Counted from the first letter of the stretch, positions 1 through 13,870 are shown. The stretch is 64,000 bases of DNA from Moniliella sp. 'wahieum' (GCA_003971905.1 RSEE01000020.1:682001-746000), one strand, 5' to 3'. A program made the numbers and translations. The notes: a model not told the origin generated them from the letters alone.

Positions 1-1605
1 TCGGGACACCGCATGGCAGCATGGAAAAACTTTCTGGTCCTCTTTGGTGGCTTTGTCGACACGGGCGCCCGTACCACGTACCTCAACGATCTCTGGCTCT
101 TCGATATGGACCAATACAAGTGGATCGAGCTAAGCCAGAACGACTTTCGTCGCCCAGGGCCACGGTCGGGATTCTCCTTCCTCCCCACGCAGGATGGCGT
201 GGTGCTCCATGGCGGTACTGCAAGCGGTACATCAAGGGCCAGCGCGCCCAGGGGGTGCAACTGGAGGATACGTGGATGCTCAAGCTGGTCGAATCCACAC
301 CGACGCTGCAGAATCCATTGGGCGTCAAGGCCGAGTGGGTACGGCGACGCAAAATTGGCTATGCTCCCAACCCTCCGCGCAGTGGGTGCACCATGGCCCT
401 CTGGCCCACGAGGCAGATGGGTGTTCTGTTTGGTGGCGTGTCGGATACCGAGCGCGACGAGGAGAGCCTCGAGTCTACCTTTTACAATGCGTTGTATGGG
501 TATCAGCTGCCCGGTGCAGGTCGATGGATTTCGCTCAACCTGCGTCGCCCAAAGAATGGGCGGACAGGGGGGCAAAAGAAACGCGCCAAGGCTGCTGCTG
601 CGGCGGCAGCGGCAGCGGCCAAGGCTGAGGAGATTGCTCGGAGGCAGCAAGAACAGGAGGAAGAACGGAGAGCATGGGACGACGAGGGTCCGATTCGGAC
701 GAGGAGACGAAAGACAAGTCGTCTGTTCCCGCTGCTATCCCTCCTCCGGTTGCATCGGCCAAAGACGATTTGCTGGCCCAAGCTGCCACGGCATCTGCTG
801 CGCCCGAATACGACGACCCGGACGATCCTCTAAAAACAGTGCCGCTGGAGGTACAACCATGCTGGCTGTGCAGCGCAACACATTGTACCTCTATGGCGGC
901 ATCTATGAGCAGGGCGACCGCGAGTACACCCTCGACGATTTTTACACCCTTGACTTGGTCAAGATGACGCGGTATCACTGTCTCCGTGCCTGTCCCATTG
1001 ACGCATTGGATTGGCACGATAGCGAGTCCGACTTGGATTCGGACGAAGATGAGGACGAAGATGAGGAGGGGGAGGAAGAGGAGGAGGAGGGGATTCGGAC
1101 GACGACGGGGAGAGTCCCGAAGGGGTCGAGTTTACCGAGGAGCGTGCGGATCATGATTCGGACTATGACGACGACGAGCTGGATCCCGAAGAGCGGCGCG
1201 GCTGGCCAAGGAGAAGGAGCTGCGCGCGCGGGCAACCACATTTCTTGGGGTCAGCAAGGACACGAGCCGGTCGGAGGAGGAGTGCTGCGACGCCCATGGT
1301 GGGGGAGACGGTGGCGGCGTTCTACGAGCGGAGCAAGCTGTACTGGTCCCAGCTGGCCTTGGCCCAGGCGAGAGCGCGGCTGGCGCGGGCGGGCTGGCGG
1401 GGCAGGCAGAGGCGCTGCGCGGCAAGGAGCTGCGGCGCAAGGCGTTCGACCTGGCCAACAGCGCGTACGACGAGTACCGCCCGCTGCTGCGGGAGATTGA
1501 GCCATCCACCGCGACGCCGGGCTGGACCCAGCCGACGTCAAGCACGGGCCAGGGCCAGCGGGGACGCAGCCGAGCGTGGGGCTGGCGAGTCGGAACCGGC
1601 GATGA
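1..1605 (+). CDS. KEL3: Kelch-repeat protein, KEL3/KLHDC4 family (5' truncated by window; several indels)
   Basis: SGHRMAAWKNFLVLFGGF..TYLNDLW, PRSGFSF, PRSGCTMA, LYLYGGIYEQGDREYTLDDFYTLDL, an acidic tract and C-terminal TPMVGET..FYERS..YW / ELRRKAFDLA. Stop TGA at 1603-1605. Confidence 0.85.
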
Positions 1606-2027
1606 GGATGACTAGTGACTAGTGGCGCTAGTGACGAGTCTGCTGAGATGAATGAGATGCATCGGCAATCCACACTCCAGCCCCGTGCGTTTAGGGTTTA
1701 CCCCACTGTGTTACACCCAGTACCACGTGGGCTGCCTACGTAAGCATCGAACTGCGCCGGATAATAGCATTACTTGCGTGTTATACGCCAGGCGGATGCG
1801 TCCGGCCGAGGGTGGCCTGCGCGCCGACGGAGGCACCGGCCGGCACAGGGCCAGTGTGGCACGTGCCAGCCGCCGCAACGCAGCGCCTCTACTCCTCGCA
1901 GACTGACGCAGCTGCGAGGCGGCACACAGCCAGCCACAGCGCCATCGCATCCCAGCGCCCGCCGCACCCCAACCAGCCCGCACCACCACCCGCCAGGGGA
2001 CAGCCGCCCACCTCCCCTCCCATCGCC

Positions 2028-4973
2028 ATGGCCTCCCAGTCGCCGCTGATCTGGCTGCCATCCAAACAGACCTCCGAGGTCGACGTGGCGACGCCCGTCA
2101 AGAAGCTCATCCAGACCAGCTACGGCGAGGACCCAGCCCAGTACGCCAGCGCCCTCGCCACCCTCAACCGCACCCGCCAGGACGCGATGCGTGGCGGCGC
2201 CAGCGACCAGACGGCGCGCGACCTGCTCCTCAAGTGGTTCCACATGCTCGAGGTCCTCGAGCTGCGCTTCCCCGAGCTCCGCACCCCCTTCCCCTGGCAC
2301 GATGCCTTCACCAACAGCAGACCACCCAGCAGAGCCTAGCGTACGAAAGGCGTGTGTGCTGTTCAACATTGCGGCCTCCCTCACATCCTTTGCTGCCTCC
2401 CGCCCGCGTCTGCCCGGCAACGCCGAGGGCATCCGCACTGCCTTCACCTCGCTCCGCCAGGCTGCTGGCATGCTGGGGTACATTAAGGACAACTTTCTCC
2501 ATGCGCCCAGCACCGACATGAGTGCCGACGTGCTCAAGGTGCTCAGCGCTCTCTGTCTCGCCCAGGCCGCCGAAGTCATCTATGAAAAAGCGGTGGAAGA
2601 CAAGAAGAACCCGGCGCTGATTGCCAAGATTGCTTCCCAGGCCGCGACGGCGTACCACCAGGTTTCGGACGACATTCGCCAGTGGTCCAACAAGTCGGTG
2701 CTGGAACGGTTGTGGCACGTGTTGACCCAGGCCAAGGCCCGACTGTTCACATCCTACATGCAGTACCACCGCGCGCTCGCCGACGAGGCCGCAGGCAACC
2801 ATGGTGCCTGTCTTGTGCGTCTCACCATTGCGGAAACGGCAGCTAAGGAGGCGGCGGCGCAAGCGGCCAACTACTACAGTATGGGCAGTGGCTGGCTCGC
2901 GTCCCCCACGTTGCCCAACGATGCGGCGGCCACGTTTCCAGGCCTTGGTGAAGCAACATGCGACGGTGGTGTCGGAGCGCAAGGCGACGGCCGAGAAGGA
3001 CAATGACTTGATTTACCACGATATGTTGCCTACCGAGAGCAGTCTTCCGTCCATTGACCCGGTGGAGGTGGCTACGCCGATCAGCGTACAGATGTCTACG
3101 CCAGTCCGGAGGTGGAAAAGATTGTGTCGCCGGATCTGTTCACGAGGCTGGTGCCGCTGCAAGTGCACGATCGGCCTCGCTCTACTCGGAGGAAAAAGCC
3201 AAGCTTGCGCGCGCCGAGTCGGAGCGATCTGAAGTGGCGTATGGAGCTGAGCACGGCGTTGGAGTACATGAAACTCCCCTCGGCCTTGGTGCCGCTCAAA
3301 GCTGCTACCGGCCAGCGACGGGAGGAGCGAGTTGGATGCGTTGGCCGATCCGCCGTCCGAGGTGCTGGAGTGGTCAACGCAAGAACAAGCTGCGCCCAAC
3401 CAGAGGGACAGCTACAGACGATCACCACTACGCACCCAGACCGACGAAGATTCAATCCATTACCTCTCTGCTGGACGATGAGGCGGCAGCCTGCGAACGT
3501 GCTCGCGCCCACTGGGGCTCGTCCAAGTGGACGCAAGACCCAAGTGGCGGCCACACCCGCACCCTCCGTTCGGATCTCAAGGCCAATCGCGAAGCGCATA
3601 CGGCTGCAGCAGGAAGCGACAAGCGGATTGCTGAGCTGTGGACGTCGATCCGGGCGGACGTGGCCTTACTCCAAGGAGGTCGACCCCATTGGAACGAACC
3701 TATGCAGAAGCGATTGCTTCGATGCCTGCACATGCGAGGAAGGGAAGTCTGCTGGATGCTGGAGAAGAGGATGATCGGAAGGAGAGTTCTTCGGAAGCCC
3801 GTATGAGCCAGCTGGTGAGGAGGTGGATGCAGTATACCAAGCTGTTGCGACTGAAAAAGGAGCGTGCGGCAACGCTTTCTGACCTCAAGGCCAAGTTGCG
3901 CGACGATGACATTTCCCAAGTCTTGGTCCTGCACCGTCGCTCTCCTGGCTCGACGCCCGCCATCTTTGCTGCGGAACTGGACAAGTTCCGTGCGTACCAG
4001 CAGCGCATTGGGCTGGTGAACGACAGCAGGCCCAAGCGCTCAAGCAGCTGAACCAGACCTGGGCCGAGCTGAACCAGCTGCCCGGCGCACGGCCGCCAGC
4101 TCGCGTCATGCGCATGCCGTTGCGGCGCGCGAAGGCTTGAGCCAGCGCTTCCGCCTCGCCCATCAACAGGCTACCGAGGTACGCACCGCCCTCGAACGCG
4201 GCACAGCATTTTACACACCGACTTGCGCGACATTCTCCACCAAATTCGGACCGGCGCCGAACATTTGTCGCCCAACGTACCAGCCAGCGAGACCAGCTCA
4301 CCTCCCAGCTCGAATGGGACAGTAAAGCTGCCCCTTCGTCCCTGATGCCCCCGTTGCCTCTCCCGCTCCTGCTCCCGCCCCCCGCTCCCGTCCCCCGCGC
4401 TCCGGTCACCGTCTCCTCCCCCCCCCCCCGACTTGCCGCAGGCCTGGGCTCGCTTCGTTGGGAAGTGCCGCTGCGCCCCGCGCGCCCCGGTGCCCCGGAG
4501 CGACAGTTGGGGCAATCCTGCCCCGCCCGCTCCGCCCGCCCCTGCTCCGGCGCCCTCCCAACCATCCCAATCGCCCTACGACAACATGTTCTCCCAAGGG
4601 CCCTTTGCGTCGTACGCCTCACCCCCAGCGCCCACGCCACCGAGCTGGACGGCTTCACCCGGCCCCGTCGGGTCCCCCGGCACCTCCTACGCCGTGGGCC
4701 CAGGCGTGCCTCCGCCCCCCCCGACGACGGGTATGCATCTACGCCTACGCCTACGTCTACGTCTACTCTGCGTCTGGGCTGCCCCCGCCGCCGTCGCTGC
4801 CGCCGCCGCCGTCGCAGTTCCACTTCGTACCCCTTGCCTTCGCGCGGGACGTACGCTTACCCCCCGCCGCCCGTGCCTCAGCCACCTCAGGCCCCGCAGG
4901 CCCCGCAGGCCCCGCAGGCTCAGGCTTACCCGCCCCGCCGCCGCCGCAGTGGCAGCAGCGCCCGGCGTATTGA
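2028..4973 (+). CDS. BRO1: BRO1/ALIX-family ESCRT adaptor (Bro1 domain, V domain, Pro-rich tail; indels)
   Basis: [15 protein letters not shown].., [53 protein letters not shown], and a Pro/Tyr-rich C-terminus ending QWQQRPAY*. Confidence 0.9.
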
Positions 4974-5853
4974 GCTGCGCGTGGCCCGGAGCGGGGGCGC
5001 ATGTGCCCGTGGCAAGTGGGCAGGAGGAAGGAGGAGGGGTGGAGAGGAGTGAATGCGTGTACGCATGTACGCATGTAGCATGGCCAGGTGCAGGATGTGG
5101 GTATGGTCCAGGATGCGTTGTGCGTTGTGGGAGAAGAACCAAGTGTGCCGCCGTGCAGGGTAGGTGGGTGGCTATAGGCTGTAACATGGAATGGCCAGCC
5201 CATGGCCAGCCTACTCCGACCGACATGATGCATGCCCAGCGGCATGGGGCAGGGCATGGACATGGACGCGCACATGCATCGCAGGAGCGTAGCAGTCGCC
5301 AGGACGGCGGTGTATAGCCGGTAGGGTTCGAGTGCGCCTGGGCCAACCCTACCTCCCGGGGGAGCGTCCGCACGTGAAGCTTGACGGTTAAGGTTTCGTG
5401 TTTACGGTTTTGAACCATCCCACTTCAAGCTAGTCACCAGATCACTAGGTCACTAGGGCCCCAGTCACTAGCAGGGCGTGCATGCGCGCGACGGATCAGT
5501 AGGGTTGGGCGAGGCGCAGGCACAGCGCCGGTTGGGTGGCAGGTGGTGTGGATGAGCGTGCGCTGCCAGTCGGACGATGCAGGAGGCGGATGCATGATCG
5601 GGCGGGGAGCATGGGTGAGGCTTGCCTGCGCCCCCCAGTGCGTGTGCAATTTGCAATTTCAGGCGGTGCGCCTGCTGTCGGCCCAGTTGGGATGGGGAGT
5701 GGGATGCGCTGGGTGGGTTACGCGCCGAGCACACACTTCTTCCAGCCGCCTGCCTCGTCTGCGCCTGGCTAGCACCACCCTCTCCCTTCTCCCTCCGCAC
5801 GCCTCCATCCTCCATCCTCCACCGCTCGTCCCATCCGCTCCGTCCTGCCCGCC

Positions 5854-7967
5854 ATGGCCTCCCCGCCCCCGCCGTCGCGTGCACCGGCCGTCGACGCCCC
5901 CACGCCGGCTCCCGCTCCTGCTCCTGCTCCCGCTCCTGCCCCTGCCCCTGCCCCTGCCCCTGCCCCTGCCCTGCCCCTGCCCCTGCCCCTGCCCCTGCCC
6001 CTGCCCCTGCTCCTACCTCCGAGGGCACCCGTCTCATCCACCAAGAGTTTGGCCACGACGACACCCCTGCCTACCGCTACACACTCCCAGCACCGCACGG
6101 GCGAGCCTCTGCCTGCGCCGTTTGAGGAGGAGCCCGCGTACATGGTGGTGCTCTTTACCTACTTTACCTACATTGTCCTCATTATCGTTGGCCATTGCCG
6201 CGACTTTATCGGCAAGCGTCTGTACCCCAAGAGCTACGGGCACTTGATGGAGCACAATGGCTATGCGCGCTCAACTCGGACTTTGACTCGTTCTACACCC
6301 GTCGGCTCAAGAAGCGTCTGGACGACTGCTTTGCCCGTCCTGTCACGGGCGTGTGCGGGCGCACAGTCTTGCTTCTCGACCGTGTTTCCCCCGATTACTT
6401 GGAAACCTTCCGACTCACCGGCACCCAAACCCGCTGCCTCAACGTGTCGGCATACAACTACCTTGGCTTTGCCCAGTCTCACGGCGGCTGCGCCGACGCG
6501 GTCGAGACCTGTCTCGCCACCTATGGCATTTCGTCCTTGGGCTCCCGTCTGGGCGCCGGTTACCTGGACCTGCAGCAACAGGCTGAGGAGCTGGTCGCGC
6601 GCTTTGTCGGCCAAGAAGCTGCCACGGTCATCTCGATGGGCTTTGCGACGAATTCCACCACCATCCCGGTGCTCGCTGGCCTGGCACACTCATCATCTCG
6701 GACGAGTACAACCATTCTTCCATCCGCTTCGGCGCACGCATCTCGGGCGCCCACATTCGCCAGTACCGCCACAACGACATGAACAAGCTGGAAAAGTTGT
6801 TGCGCGAGTGCATTTCGCAAGGCATGCCCCGTACCCACCGCCCGTGGAAAAAGATCATTGTGATTGTGGAAGGCTTGTACTCGATGGAAGGCACGCTGGT
6901 CAACTTGCCCGAAATGATGCGGCTCAAACGGCGGTACAAGGTACGTGCCTCCCTTCCCGCTCTCGCCCCCCCTTTTCTGCACCCCTCTTTTGGACCCCCC
7001 TTTTTTTGCCTTCTTGGGCTGAACGACTACACCGACTGTGATCCTAACCCTCCTCGTTTGCTACCAGTTCCATCTCTACGTCGACGAGGCCCACTCGATC
7101 GGCGCGATTGGTCCCAACGGCCGTGGGGTATGTGACTACTTTGGTGTAGACCCTACCGAGGTGACCATCTTGATGGGCACACTTCCAAGTCGTTTGGTGC
7201 CGCGGGCGGGTACATTGCTGGGTCGAAAGAGGTGGTGGACCGGATTCGGCTCATGAACCATGCCAACAACTTTGGTGAGACCTTATCCCGCCGTCTTGAC
7301 CCAGATTGTGGCGTCGATGAGTAGCATTATGGGCGTGGGCAAGGTACCGGAAGAATTGGCGTTGGTGCCGCCATTTATTGCGGCGGGCTTGCCGGCGGAA
7401 ATGCGCAGTGGCCAAGAAGGCTTGGAACGACTGCGTCGACTCGCGTTCAATGCGCGCTACCTCCCTCGGGCTGCGCAAACTAGGTTTCATCATCTATGGT
7501 CACCGCGACAGTCCTATCATCCCACTCCTCATTTTTCAGCCGAGCAAGATGCCCATGTTCAGTCGCATGATGCTCGACCGATCCTTGGCCCTGCCGCCAT
7601 CGCAACGCCGTGCGCGTGCTAAACTCCTCCTCGACCTCCCGCCCGAGCAAAAGGCTCACCTGCAAGAGGTGGATGACCCCGCCTCGCTCGTCCCGGAGTC
7701 GGTGCCATCACGACCGCCGATCAATGTGGTCGTCGTCGCCTACCCCGCCACGCCCCTCGTCTCCTCCCGCGTGCGCTTCTGCGTCTCAGCAGCACACACC
7801 AAAAGGATATGGACGATGTGCTGCGTGCGTGCGACGAGATTGGTACTTTGATCCATTTGAAGTACGGATCGGGCGGGCCGGGGGGCAAGTGGTCAATCGA
7901 CGAGGTGATTGCGCGGTGCGAAGAGCTCGTGGCGTGGGACGGACACTCGCCACTCGTGCCTCGCTAA
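5854..7967 (+). CDS. LCB2: Serine palmitoyltransferase catalytic subunit (intron 6941-7067; indels)
   Basis: [60 protein letters not shown]-lysine motif, [16 protein letters not shown]. Intron GTACGT..CTAAC..CAG. Confidence 0.95.
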
Positions 7968-8399
7968 ACTGCGTTCTGGCATTCTGGCTCTCTTGCGCTC
8001 CAGCCCCACGCCGCTACGGTGCTACAGCACTACAGCTCCAGTAGGCTCAAGCTGGCTAAACGATGCGAGGCGCGTATGGTCCGTGCTGCCTCCCTATGTG
8101 GTTCCTGTTCTCCCTCTTCCCAAGATGATGCTCACAGATTGGTCCCGAGCTGGTTGGGTTGTTGGCCCACGACTATGACATGCAATAGCTAGCCGCGATG
8201 AATGCTCGCCGGTGGCTCAGGAATGCTTCCAACCTTCCCCGCAGGCTAGATGGGGGGGAAGTCGTGCGTGCTCCGTTTCCTGGTCGAACGATGCAGTTCC
8301 AGGTACTCGGAGGAGCGGGTGGGCTGAAGGGTCAGATTGCATAGCTGGCAGTGTTCAACCTTCATGCCGCCGAGGCCATTCGATGGACCCAGCAAGCAA

Positions 8400-8462
8400 A
8401 TGGGATGGAATGACATGGGATGGAATGTGATGGGATGGGATGGGATGGAATGGGATAGATGG
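8400..8462. repeat. Imperfect (TGGGA/TGGAA)n microsatellite
   Basis: Direct reading: tgggatggaatgacatgggatggaatgtgatgggatgggatgggatggaatggga. Confidence 0.8.
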
Positions 8463-9891
8463 TCGATGGTGCGTCACGTGACGACGACCTGCCTCGCAAT
8501 CGCACCCAAGCAGTCACTAGCCAGGCGCCCACGAGAAGGACGAGGGTGGCCGGTGACCGGCGATGCATGATGGAGGCAAAAACCCTACTACCCAGGACCC
8601 AAAATAATTGCGCCCCCCTCCCTGCCTCTCTACCGAGCGTGTTCCGCCTTAACCTTCAGTTGAAGTTCAACGTTCAACCAAGGCGAGGCCTGATCTCATG
8701 GGTCGTGTGAGTCGCTCGCCCCGCCCTCGGACCGCATCTTCCCGTCGCACTCGTCCCACCGCCTGCTCCACCAAGCTGCGCACGGCCGACTAGGCCACGC
8801 AACGCAGCGGGCACGGTACATCCGCAGTGAGGTACGGCAAGTCGTGCACGAATGCCGGTCGGGGCGCGGCGTAGGCCAGGTCAAGCGAACGTTCGGGGAC
8901 CCCGTACCGCTACCCGCTGCGCACCGAGCACTTTACCACGGTACCACGGGGTGCGTGCTGTGGCCACCGGGTCAGCTTGGTGCTGGGCCATGTGCGGCCT
9001 GCGGCCCTTTCGGCGGTGCCAGGGTATACTACGGTGTGTGAATGGAGGGAAAACGCTAGGGGTCTGACTGGGGACGCTGGCTCGCGCGTCAGGCCACTCC
9101 CACTCTGCCACGTTGATGAATGAATGAATTTCGAATGTGGCCACGAGGCCGACGCATTCGTCCCCGTCCGGGGGCAAGAAGAGTGGGGTCGTCAGTCAGC
9201 GTCACGGGCAACGGTGCACCGTGGCGAGGCGGGGGGACGGATCAACCGTTGCTCACGGCCGGTCGGGCGTACCCCAAGGTAAGTACCGCGTCTGTCTAAC
9301 GTAACGTAACGTACCTTGTGTCTGCGCACCCGGGGTGGGCCAGGAACTTCATTGACCACCCCTCAGGCGGTGGGAACTACCCGCACGTTGGTCTTGCGCC
9401 TCGACCATTCCACCTTCTCCCCTGCGCGCCTACCGGGCAAAAGGCAGGTCTGCGTACCGCTCGCTGGAGATGGTACCGGGTTGGGCGGCGGTAGGCTCAA
9501 CAAGGGCGACTGAACGGTAAACCATATGATTGAAGCTGAGAGCTGCGATGAGGCGTCTCTTGCTTTTGTTCGTCCATTGCTTCTTTTCTGTTGTGCATAT
9601 TTTTCTTGGGTTCACCAGCTCGTTGGGGTTAGAAATGGGCCATGGCCAATGCCCGTTGGCACGTGCGCGATGCATGCAAGACCTACAATGGCAAAGGTTC
9701 TGCAGCCTTTGAGAAGGTAATACCAATTGTTGGGATGGAGCTGCATCACATTTCGCATCTCTCCGTCAAATAAACACCAAGTTCACGATGCTTGCCTGAG
9801 CGCTGAGCCTCAGCCTGAAGCAGGTGGCCGGCGGCCACCATGCATAACCGGCGGGGGAAGCTGGAAGCCGGTGCCGGTACGAAGGTGAAGT

Positions 9892-9971
9892 TTGAAGCGG
9901 GAGAAGCTTGAAGCGGGAGAAGCTTGAAGCGGGAGAAGCTTGAAGCGGGAGAAGCTTGAAGCGGGAGAAGC
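9892..9971. repeat. Perfect 16-bp tandem repeat x5 (TTGAAGCGGGAGAAGC) within a TNA-palindrome field
   Basis: Five exact copies start at 9892, 9908, 9924, 9940 and 9956. Confidence 0.95.
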
Positions 9972-11270
9972 TTGAAGCTTGAAGGTAGTCAAGTAGGGAA
10001 GCTGGTGAAGCTAGGGGCGCTTGAAGTGGGGCCGCGCAGCAGCACATTGGTTGGGCGCTAGTACCTAGTACTAGTTTACTAGTTTGGGCGGGCCGACGCG
10101 CGCGCGGCGCCACCGCCAGGCTGCTGGGTACGTGGTCTGTCTGTGTTGGACACGGCTGGTTCCTGCTGGATTGTTTCAGGCCTCGGCCTGGCTCGGCGCT
10201 CGAGGGACGGAGGCGTAGTTGGATCATCGATCAGAGCGGCAGAGTTAGGCTCTGTCTCACCGATCATCGTCCCATTCGCGCTGTCCCGCGGTGGATGGTC
10301 AAGCTTCAAGCTGTCAGGCTTGACGGTGGGGGGAGGAGCGCTGAACGGTGGACGCTGGACACTGACAGCGGGGAGGAGGTGGGGATAGAATTGTGGTTGG
10401 ACAATCCAAGCCAAGCCAAGGGCGGGGTGGAGCACGACGTGTGACGCATGAGGGTGGCGCGCAGCCAAGAAAGGATAGGCCGTAGGGCCGGTAGACACAC
10501 GAAAGGGCGCAGGCCACTATAGTGCGCAGCATGCGCCCAGTGCACTCCAGATGCAGCGTTCACTCTGCGATCGTGAATGTTGAACTGAATGTTGAACTTC
10601 AACGTTCATCCGCGGAGGCACCGGACAGGGCGGAGCCCGCCATGCGGCCTGGTGCGGCCGGCACCACACTGCCCTGGAGGCGGAGGGGGCGGGGACTGGC
10701 GCCGTGCGGGGCATGTGCGGGGGCTCGGAGGACGTCATGCGCGTCATGCGTCATGCATCATGCATCATGGGCGCATTGGAGCTGCAAACCCGCGGAAGCG
10801 CACAGCAGGGCGGCCGCACCAGCACAGCCTGCGGGCAGCTCCAGTACAGCGCCAGTACCGCGCCAGTGCTGCACAGTGCAGCCCTGGTGCGGCACAGGGG
10901 CAGTGTCCTCCGCGTGCTGCGTCTCGGACCAAGCCATCTGTCTCCCGCCTGTGACGATGCCGCCACACAGGCCCAGCCTTGGATGGCCTGCGATGCAGTC
11001 CGTCTCACATCCACACCAACCAACCCCTCTCTGCCCTCCAGCCCCAGCCCCTCCTCTCTGCCGCCTTCTCCTTCTCCTCTTCCTTCTCCGCCTCCTTCTC
11101 CTCTTCCTTCTCCGCATCCTCCAACACCACCCTCCTCCCGCCCCCCCCCCCGCCGCCGCTCGTTGGCCTGCGCTCTTCCCTCCGCCCGACACCCCTCCTC
11201 CCCCTTGTGGCAGGGCGCGCGTGAGCCGCCGCCCGCCGCTCGTTATCAGCCTCCCCTCCCTCCCCCCGCC

Positions 11271-13394
11271 ATGCCTCCTCTGCCACCGCCTTTGCGCTGC
11301 CACCACTCGCTTCCCATCCCCTCTTCCCCCCCTCCCACTCGTCCCGCAGCGATGCCAGGCCACGACTGGCCATGCCGCTGCCCCAACGAGCCGTACCGGT
11401 CGACGAATCCGACTCGGAACTCGACTCGGACGGCTCCAATCCGGCCCAGCCCTTCCTGAACCACGAGTATCCCCCCGTCTCCTCCCTGCCCACGGGCGGC
11501 CAAGCGTCCACCTCGGCCTCTGCCATCCTGTTTGACGAGCACGGCGAACTAGCCCGGGGCCTGGCCCCTGCGCTCGGTACCCACGCCTTGGCTGCCCCGC
11601 CGGCGCCACCACAACCATGGTACCAGCGCTGGTCCCGGGCTTTGTGCTTAGCGCCCCAGCTGCCGCCGCGCATGGTGCGCCTCCGCTCTTCTCTGCTGCG
11701 TCCGCCCGCATTGCCCTGCGCATCGGGCTGATCTTTGTCCTGTCCACGGCGGCGGTGATCGCCGGGCTGATGACGTTGCCCTGTCGCTGCCCGCCAAGGG
11801 CATCACCCACCTGACCATGAGTGAAATACGAAGCATGTCCCTGTCGCTGCAGACGTATGCGCACCAAACTGTGCCCGCGGCGCTGCACACGTGGGTGGTG
11901 CTGTTGAGCTTCTTTACCTGGAAACAAGCGTGGAGCGTGCCCGGATCAGTCGTGAATGTGTTTCTCGGCATGCTCTATGGCACCTACCCAGCCACCTTGT
12001 ACACCTCCTTTTTCACCGCCACGGGCGGCATGTTGTGCTACCTGCTCTCGCGGCCAGTCGGGCCGATCATCGAGCACTTGCCCGGGTTTCAGAAACCGTT
12101 GGGAGCGATGCGCCGCGCGCTCGCCATCCCAGTCCGCACGGGGGCCGCGCCATTGTCCCTGCCGCCCCCGCTGATGCGACGCAAGAAAAGTAGGCTACCC
12201 CGTGCCGCGCGTTCGGGCGGCAGCGTCCCTGTCCAAGCAGAGGGCAGCTCGACCTGGACCTCTTGCTGCTGCGCCTTGTGCCCATCGTACCCTGGAGCGC
12301 GATGAACATGTGTTGTGCCATGCTGCGTGTCCCGCTCTGGCCCTTCTGGGATCCTTCTTTCTCGGCAGCGTGCCGTGGAACTTTGTCACGACCCAAGTCG
12401 GTGACATTCTGCAGGACCTCCTGGCCGCCCTGCCGCTCGACGACAAGCCAGGGAGCGAGGCGGCAACGGGCCTGAGCATGATCAAAGCTAAGATTTGGTC
12501 GCCGGAAATGGTCGGGAAACTCTTCTTGCTCACCCTGGCTTCGCTCGTCCCGATGGCACTCCAGTGGTGGGTCAAGCGGCGCCGAGCAGCGGCGCCAGAG
12601 ACGGGCATGGCGCCTGGCACCGCCCTTTCGGAGCACGAGGTTGTGCCCGGAACCCACCCCGAACTCAACGCGGACCCGAAACCGAAACCGAACCTGAACC
12701 CGAAGCTGATGCTGATGCTGACGCTGAGGCCACGGAAGAATGGGGTGCCCAGCCTGCCTCGCCCCGTCGGTTGTTCTCTTGGACCCAGCCTCTCTTGCGG
12801 CGAGCGGATCGGAACTGTCCTTGCTTCCCAAACCATCGAGGGGGTGGGCAGATACGATTCGGACGCCGTCGCCGTTTGGCCAACTGTTGCGCCTCGCTTC
12901 CCCCGGCCCAGCGAGGAAAGAAGAGCGCGACGTAGAGTCTTCCCCTGGGACCGAAGAGGAACCCGAACGAGGATTTGGCACACCAACGTCCTTGGGATCA
13001 GTCTTGACCTCGCAAACCAGCCTCGTTGCCCCGGATGACAGCGAGCTGTCCAACCTGCCCAACCTGACCAGCCAGGCCAGCCACCCACGAGACGGCCTGG
13101 CCCCGGCCCGCTGCCGCGCCAGGCTCCAGTACCGGCCTACGTGGAGTGAGCTCGGGGCGCAAACCTGTCCTGCCCCCACTTACCCCGTTATCCCCCTCGA
13201 CGCAGAAAGCGATTGCGGACGAGTGGGCCGCGCCGGCCCGCACGCCGTCGCCCATGCAGGCGCTCAAGTTTGCCCGCGACCGCGAACGGGCGTTTGGCTT
13301 GGCCAATCCCCCCCCGGCTGTGGCCGCTACCCAGACACCGACACCGACACAGCCACAGCCACAGCCACAGCCACCGAAACGGCCACCGATATAG
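11271..13394 (+). CDS. DedA/VTT (SNARE_assoc; TMEM41/Tvp38-like) membrane protein; start and end approximate
   Basis: FTWKQAWSVPGS..NVFLGMLYG, TATGGMLCYLLS, LLRLVPIVPWSAMN, VPLWPF..GSFLGSVPWNFV..QVG are typical VTT-domain motifs, flanked by low-complexity tails. Confidence 0.75.
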
Positions 13395-13870
13395 ACACGG
13401 ATACCGCTACGGACACCGACAGAGGCGCGGTGGGTTGGCGTGATTGTATGGGTCTGCAAAGGCAAAGGGTCGGCGGGGCGGTGGGAATGTACCTGTGCAA
13501 CATGCTGATTGATTTGTTGCGTGTAGCTGTGGGCGTGGAGGATACAGAGGAAGAGCCTAGGTAGCTGTGCGGTGCTGCTTTCGTGCATCCCTCCCAGACG
13601 AAAGCGGATCAAGGAAGGAAGAGGGAGGAGTGGGGGTTGGGATTGGGATTGGGATTGGATGCGGGGATCCAAGAGCTCTTCCGAGAGGTACGATATATGA
13701 GGTGCGATGCAAACGTCCTTCCTATCCGACTTGTGCAATGGGGGTTCAATGTTTCAAGGGCGCCGCTGCCACCCTGAGGCCTGGCCTGGCCATCCGAATG
13801 AATACTCCTGCCCACCCTCTTGAGTCGGTGCGTAACCCCCTCCCCGCCGTCCTCGCGCCCTCGCCCGGCC

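Noticed and set aside
5300..5370. GGTTCGAGT T-loop-like motif suggesting a tRNA
   Set aside because: No cloverleaf or T-stem can be formed. The pairing is explained by inverted TAGGGTT motifs.
5905..6010. (AP)n switching to (LP)n in the LCB2 N-terminus
   Set aside because: It is a CCTGCC hexamer microsatellite, and the switch is probably an indel in a low-complexity tract.
9892..9971. Regular repeat resembling a CRISPR array
   Set aside because: It is a head-to-tail 16-bp repeat with no unique spacers and no cas genes, in eukaryotic context.
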